DNA of 64,000 bases from NCBI GenBank assembly GCA_964016885.1, contig OZ024743.1, positions 220,720,001-220,784,000 on the forward strand. Direction: 5' to 3'. This DNA is from Eledone cirrhosa. Taxonomy: Eukaryota. The notes below the pieces were generated by a model. The model saw only the letters and a program-made list of their open reading frames with translations. It had not been told where the DNA came from and searched no databases. Positions 57,179 through 64,000 of the stretch are shown here, in pieces; the first letter of the stretch is position 1; each line of letters opens with the position of its first letter. The position numbers and the translations under genes are program-made.

Positions 57179-57188
57179 CATACATATA

Positions 57189-57284
57189 TAGGGTATCTCC
57201 CAAAAATGTATACACACTCTGCTTACCTATACAGGTAATATTTATTAGAATGCTGTTGAAGTGTGTATACATTTTTGAGACACC

Positions 57285-57287
<3 letters not shown>
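57189..57287. mobile_element. Tc1/mariner-type MITE
   Basis: ~28-bp TIRs CAGGGTGTCTCAAAAATGTATACACACT (left copy slightly mutated), inserted in TA context. Confidence 0.75.
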
Positions 57288-57329
<42 letters not shown>

Positions 57330-57406
57330 CGAAGGAATTGTGGTAAGGAACCAGTTGGACCATAACGCATCAAAGTACTCAATAGATAGGGTAGTAGAGT
57401 GGGTAA

Positions 57407-57518
57407 TAGGAACAAGTATGACCCCGACGGCAGAGCTCAAGCCATTTCGACGGCTATTTCTGGACTAAATTTAGTCGAAACGGCTTGAGCTCTGTCGTCG
57501 GGGTCATACTTGTTCTTA
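57407..57518. repeat. Fold-back element, ~45-bp arms
   Basis: GAACAAGTATGACCCCGACGGCAGAGCTCAAGCCATTTCGAC / GTCGAAACGGCTTGAGCTCTGTCGTCGGGGTCATACTTGTTC; followed by (TA)n. Confidence 0.8.
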
Positions 57519-57550
57519 TATATATATATATATTACACTCACACACACAC

Positions 57551-57629
<79 letters not shown>

Positions 57630-58265
57630 TTTTACCTTTGCACTCTATTGTTGATTTGTGAGGAAAGACTTTAAATAATACCTGCTTATGAACACATGAT
57701 CACTTCATATTGAATTAATTTCTTACATAGACATTAGGCATTTAAGTGTGTGATAGGAAACAGCTTTTTACTAATTTTATCGATCTCAGAAGTGTCAACG
57801 GCAAGTTCAACTTTGGCTATAGTTGAACTTACTTTGTATTTAATCATTATTATTGCTGTTTGTTTATGAATGTTTCATTCTCACTATGCCTCTTATAAAT
57901 GTGTCTATATATAGTTTGTATGAATACGTGTGTGCACCTATTGTCGCATGTGCATGTGTGCTTGTGCACTATCGCCTTTCTTTCTATATATCGATTCTAG
58001 TAAAGGCAGCAAATGACTTCTCTCATAAACATCAGTTCCAGTAGAGGCGGCAAATGTTTTCTCTCATATATACATTTATATATGAGAAAAAAGAAAGCGT
58101 CTTTTGATTTTCAGGGTTCCAGTTCAGGAAGTTTAGCAGAGGTTACTTTAAGGTTATTTTAAGAAAAACGGGTTGAGTTTAAGTCAACTTTACTTGAAAT
58201 ATTTTTGCAGTTTTCGCTAAACGGCAACATACTTCTAACTTTTCTAACTTCTTACATTTATCGGC

Positions 58266-58321
<56 letters not shown>

Positions 58322-58348
58322 GTATATACGTATATATATATACGTATA

Positions 58349-58418
<70 letters not shown>

Positions 58419-58424
58419 TATATG

Positions 58425-58462
<38 letters not shown>

Positions 58463-58927
58463 ATGAGAGATTGAGAGAGGGAGAGAGAGAGGAGGGAGAA
58501 GAGAGGCTCCTAGAGCGTAGTAGGCTTAAATTTTAAAAATACATTTTCCTTGGGGTAGTGTATATATGTATTATCATATCCAGTGCAACTATCTACTAGG
58601 CGGTTTCTAGAAATCTGCATATTGTATTACAGTTACAAAACAAAGTATACTATCATCGTATGAGATACATTCTCGAAACTATTTGGTAATACTATACATT
58701 TGATAGGAGGTGGATTACTTGAGTGATGGCTTAAGGTGTTTGTTGACAGATTCTAGCAATTACATTCCGAAAGAACATGCAAAACATATTTGAAATATTA
58801 TGGCACGTTGTGTTTACATAATCAAATCAAATATTATTCAGAGCGGGAGTGAAAGAGAGTGTAAAAAAGATGTATTCATATATATATATATATAAAAAAA
58901 TAATTTCGCTCTGAATGGCTGAATACA

Positions 58928-59122
58928 ATAAATGTAATCTGAGTTTTTCGAATATTAATAATAATATTCGATTCATTTGCAATTATGCATGTACATGCCA
59001 ACACGAGATCATGAATGAGGGGCTGATTCTACTGACATGGCTTTAAAAATGAGGCTTGTTTGCATAATTGCAAACGAATCGAATATTACTATTAATATTC
59101 GAAAAACTCAGATTACGTTTAT
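58928..59122. repeat. Fold-back element, ~62-bp arms
   Basis: 58928-58989 reverse-complements 59061-59122; lies between TA tracts. Confidence 0.8.
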
Positions 59123-59140
59123 ATTTATATATATATATAT

Positions 59141-59384
59141 ATCGTTTCTGAATTTGTTTAGCAAGATTCTTTATCTGAAAACGTGTGTTGAAACCGATAT
59201 TATTATACTTTGGGAGGGTCATGTTGCCAATAAGAAACACACCAGTTGCTTTCATTCCAATTTATCATAAATTAAATTTACAAATTTACAAATTTCTTAA
59301 ATTTATAAATTTAATTTATAATAAATTGGAGTGAAACAACTGGTGCGTGTGCTTCTTATTGGCAACATGACCCTCCCAAAGTAT

Positions 59385-59391
<7 letters not shown>
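59141..59391. mobile_element. Second fold-back family B copy
   Basis: Same termini as 2347-2860 but a different fold-back centre (~59290). Confidence 0.8.
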
Positions 59392-59943
<552 letters not shown>

Positions 59944-59945
59944 AT

Positions 59946-60046
<101 letters not shown>

Positions 60047-60084
60047 TACATATATGTATATATGTATATAAATACAATATGGAA

Positions 60085-60242
60085 AACAAAGAATCAGTGA
60101 TACATCGGAACAGAATTTATTACGTATTAGAATTGTTTCTCCGGCGAACAGCTCGAGATGCGATCTGTTTGTGGATCGAACCTGACTCTGGATTCGCAAG
60201 TTCTTCAGATACGTCTAGCGATTTCGAAACAAATCTTCTTTC
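60085..60242 (-). repeat. Second copy of the 14025-14180 repeat
   Basis: Reverse-complement alignment by eye. Confidence 0.65.
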
Positions 60243-60262
60243 ATATATATAAATATATATAT

Positions 60263-60326
<64 letters not shown>

Positions 60327-60810
60327 AGAGAGAAAGAGAGAGAGGGGGGGGACTATATTGGCAGCAAAAAATAATATATTACATAACTTCAATTTGGATT
60401 TCTTCAGAACCTGCAACATATTTAACATTATAAATATATGTTCAAAGGATTTACTTTTTTTTTATGTATCTCAAACCGATTGCTTTACATCTTTTCAGCT
60501 AAAATGCTTAAATTTTACACATGAATTCATGGTCAACAGATCTAACACATTTTAGAGAAGAGGGAGGAGGTAAGTGAAAAGTAATATAGAGATTCATACC
60601 ATCTTAAAAGATCCGAATCATTACCAACTATACGGATAGACAAGATAGTTTCATTCATGGAAAGCAACAGATTTTGATCATGCACACACACAAATACACA
60701 CACACACACACATACACATACACACATATATATATATATACACATACACACACATAAACTCAGACACACACGCATATATATATATACGCGCGTACATGCA
60801 CACACATCCG

Positions 60811-60851
<41 letters not shown>

Positions 60852-60983
60852 TATCTATATATGTGTGTGCATGTGTGTGCGTACGTGTGTGTGTATACTC
60901 GTGTGTTTATGTGTGTATAAATTGAATCACGTGTGATGTCTGCATATTACATAAATATGAATTTTGGATTAATAACACATTTA

Positions 60984-61041
<58 letters not shown>

Positions 61042-61823
61042 TTCATCATTTTTCTTTTGATAAATTTAATGTAACTGTGGGTTTTATAGTGTTTAGATAA
61101 CAAGCAAACTGCTCGTAAACTATATTAATTAAGTCTGTAAATTATTGCTCAGTTAAGTCATAAATAAATTCATACGAGATTTTATATAACATACAGAGTA
61201 ATTAAAATCGCCTATAATTATTCAAGTCAATGCAAATAACTTTCTGTATTAGATGGAAATTTATTACTTGGAAATCCAATGTCTATAAATTGCCTTGCCC
61301 TCAATAGCGACTGAAATCTTAACCTCATATAATGGTTAAGATATGTAAATGTTGTAAAAAGAATAATGGTAAAACTGAAAGATACATGTTCTAGTTGAAG
61401 CTAAAGGAAAGAACATTACTTACAACCAAGAGTTATCTTATTTTATAGTTGTACTTTCGTGAATGTAAATCTTTGTAATTCTTTCTACTGAAACACACAT
61501 TGTTCCTTATCGGCATCAGTGGATAGCTTCCATTGTATAATTGTGAATGATGGTTAAGTATAGGAGAATCGTAGAAGCGAAATACATATGATATTGTATA
61601 AAATACATACCTACATACACACGCATTTATATACACACACAGATATATATATATATATACAAACAAACACACGAACATAGATATAAACACATAGAAACAC
61701 ACATTCACACACACACACACACATATATATATGTACATACATACATACATATATATATATATTATATATATATTTACATATATATACACAGACACACATA
61801 TATATGTATGTGTGTGCGTATAT

Positions 61824-62013
61824 ATGGTGGCTGCCAACTCGTTTTCGAGTACGGCCACTACTTTATATCCATGTAGGAGAACCCCTACCGATGCGCTGAA
61901 CGAGTGTGACTTTTTAGTCCAGCCAGCGACTTGAAAACTCTGGTACAAACACTACACTTGTGACAATTATTGACACATAGTACTGGGCCCATGGTACCAT
62001 GTGATGACAAGTG
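61824..62013 (-). mobile_element. 3' fragment of a related zinc-finger RTE
   Basis: HKCSVCTRVFKSLAGLKSHTRSAHR* vs CRLCARYFRSLAGLKSHIRSQHC*; terminal GGCCGTACTCGAAAACGAGTTGGCAGCCACCA resembles the RTE tail. Confidence 0.75.
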
Positions 62014-62089
62014 CAGAGAGATCTCCAGAGAGATCTCCAGAGAGATCTCCAGAGAGATCTCCAGAGAGATCTCCAGAGAGATCTCCAGA
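62014..62089. repeat. 12-bp tandem repeat CAGAGAGATCTC x6
   Basis: Directly visible; each unit contains palindrome GAGATCTC. Confidence 0.95.
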
Positions 62090-62289
62090 TATAAAGCAAT
62101 GCGTGTATATATACATATACATATATATATACACATATATATATGTATATGTGTATGTATATCGTACTTCTGTAAATGTATCGTAGATAGAAATCAATAA
62201 GGAGCTAAAACAGTCCATCACCAAAACCCCAGATAGTAGCTATATAACCAAATATGTATAAAGGAAGTCATGTCGGTGTTTATGTTTGT

Positions 62290-62614
62290 GTGTGTTGACT
62301 GCCCTCTCTTTATCGAGTATGGCCATAGCACGATATATCATTATTAATAATTATTGATTAATTCTATCGTGCAATGCCTGTGAGTGAAGATATTTTTTAA
62401 AGTGAGGAAATACTGTGTACTGAGCCAATCCCACTCTCTGAGAGACAGTAGCTATAACTCGAAAAGAAGAAAAGAAAAAAAGATCCACATCATCGGTAAC
62501 TACTGAGCCACAGGTTTTATATCGGAGTTATCCCAGTTTCCTGAGTTGCCTTATCGTAGAAGAATACCCTGACAAAGGCTAGGGGGTCCTTCACTACCAG
62601 TGGTTTAACCTCGC
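62290..62614 (-). mobile_element. Bipartite non-autonomous RTE derivative (5'UTR joined to 3' tail)
   Basis: 62340-62614 reverse-complements 47388-47648; 62297-62335 reverse-complements the terminal motif at 53082-53118. Confidence 0.8.
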
Positions 62615-64000
62615 GGTACATGTCTATATACATATTTACACACATTTGGATGGCGGTTGACTCTTTTGAGTTCTTCCGCACTTTGTCAGGTTTTGTTTTT
62701 TGTCCTGCAGGGTGTCCAAGGGGTTGCCGTTTTAGTCGCCGACGACCCGACCATGCAACAGGTTGTACTGGGTTACATGTTACCAGTAGCACTCAAGAGT
62801 GACCATACATATACATACATATACATACATACATTCATACACATACATACACACTTACATACATACATTACATACATTCATACATACATGTATACATATA
62901 TATAGATACATATATACATATATGCATATATATATGCATACATACATAAGTACATGATATATACATAAATGCACCACCCCTTCATGAATCTGAATCTCTG
63001 GTCCTTCTCAGCGCTCTCGAAAATGTCGTTGTCATTAGGAAACCCCTCCATCATATTTGGGATTAAAACTGGTGAGGCAAGTATTTCGCCCATCAGTCCA
63101 TCCGCTTAACATCAGTCATGCATTAACGGTGTCCACTGCAATTTACACTTTATCAACTCAAATCTACCTCAAGGTATCAAATTGTTCATTTGAGCATCGG
63201 TATAGTATTTATTAAAAAGTATTTATTCAAAAGTATAGTATTTATTAAAAAGTATTTATTCCGACTCTCTGAGTTCAGTGTTCAAAAAACACATATATCA
63301 AATTTGACTTTCATTCTTTTAGACGTGGATAAATTATATAGAACCAGTAGGTGCCGGTAAATTAGAAGAAATATTAAAGAGTCAAACGGTTTAATCTGTG
63401 TTATCTGATCCGCCTCTGCGCGTTCTGATTTAAAATCGCGTTTCTTTCTGCAAGGAGACGCAACCGATGGATAGTATTAGCAATGAGAACACCTGAAGAA
63501 ATATAGTTTGCTTGATCCAGTCTGATGATCAAGATTCCTTTACGACTTTCATTATTTTCTTTTGGCACATTATTGACCAGCGTTAAGTTACTTTCACTCG
63601 TATATCAATACCTTCTTTTATCAAATATATCTAAATATAAATTAAGTTCTAGACTGGTATAAACACTGCGACATATATGATCGATTAAAATCTTGAAAGC
63701 GATACCGTATAACTGAAACCAATAAAAGACATAAAGCTATAGATTGTTATCATTATTATTATTATTATTATTACGAGGGGATAGATTACGAGGAGATATA
63801 TATTTACAAAATTAAGTTAAATTCGCATTTTTGTTTGCCGAATACTCGCTATTAAATAAGATGCTGGACTGACGAGCTGTGGAAATAATTATTCCCCAGC
63901 AAAACGCGCATATTTGACAGAAGAAAATATGAATTTTACCTAACTACGTATATTATAACTCCTTCTGTAGATTGTGAGCTCTGTCAGCTTTGGATACAAA

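Noticed and set aside
60170-60210. Minus-strand CTGAAGA with stem
   Set aside because: No GAAA, and the motif is absent from the sister copy at 14025
62640-63110. GC-richer segments with acceptor/donor-like sites and short ORFs
   Set aside because: No recognisable protein or consistent exon structure; may be unclassified repeat

Overview
AT-rich, microsatellite-saturated eukaryotic DNA with no confidently identifiable host protein-coding gene. The SINE families and overall texture point to a cephalopod (octopus-like) genome; this is inference. Main contents: (1) a ~17.5-kb tandem array of a 44-bp unit (~26298-43817) with internal higher-order duplications, whose terminal unit looks like a 22-nt minus-strand microexon with splice sites; (2) a near-full-length RTE-clade LINE (47351-51594) broken by an 83-bp tandem duplication and carrying C-terminal C2H2 zinc fingers, a 5'-truncated sister copy directly behind it, and a short 5'UTR+3'tail bipartite derivative; (3) a Penelope-like (PLE) GIY-YIG fragment with three intact-looking minimal hammerhead ribozymes nearby, plus several families of (TA)n-embedded fold-back elements with degenerate or variant hammerhead cores; (4) two R4/Dong-like RLE-LINE fragments embedded in (TATG)n; (5) many tRNA-derived SINEs, one hAT MITE and one Tc1/mariner-type MITE. 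Nearly all ORFs in the track are microsatellite or satellite artefacts. All calls are by eye; no database searches were run.
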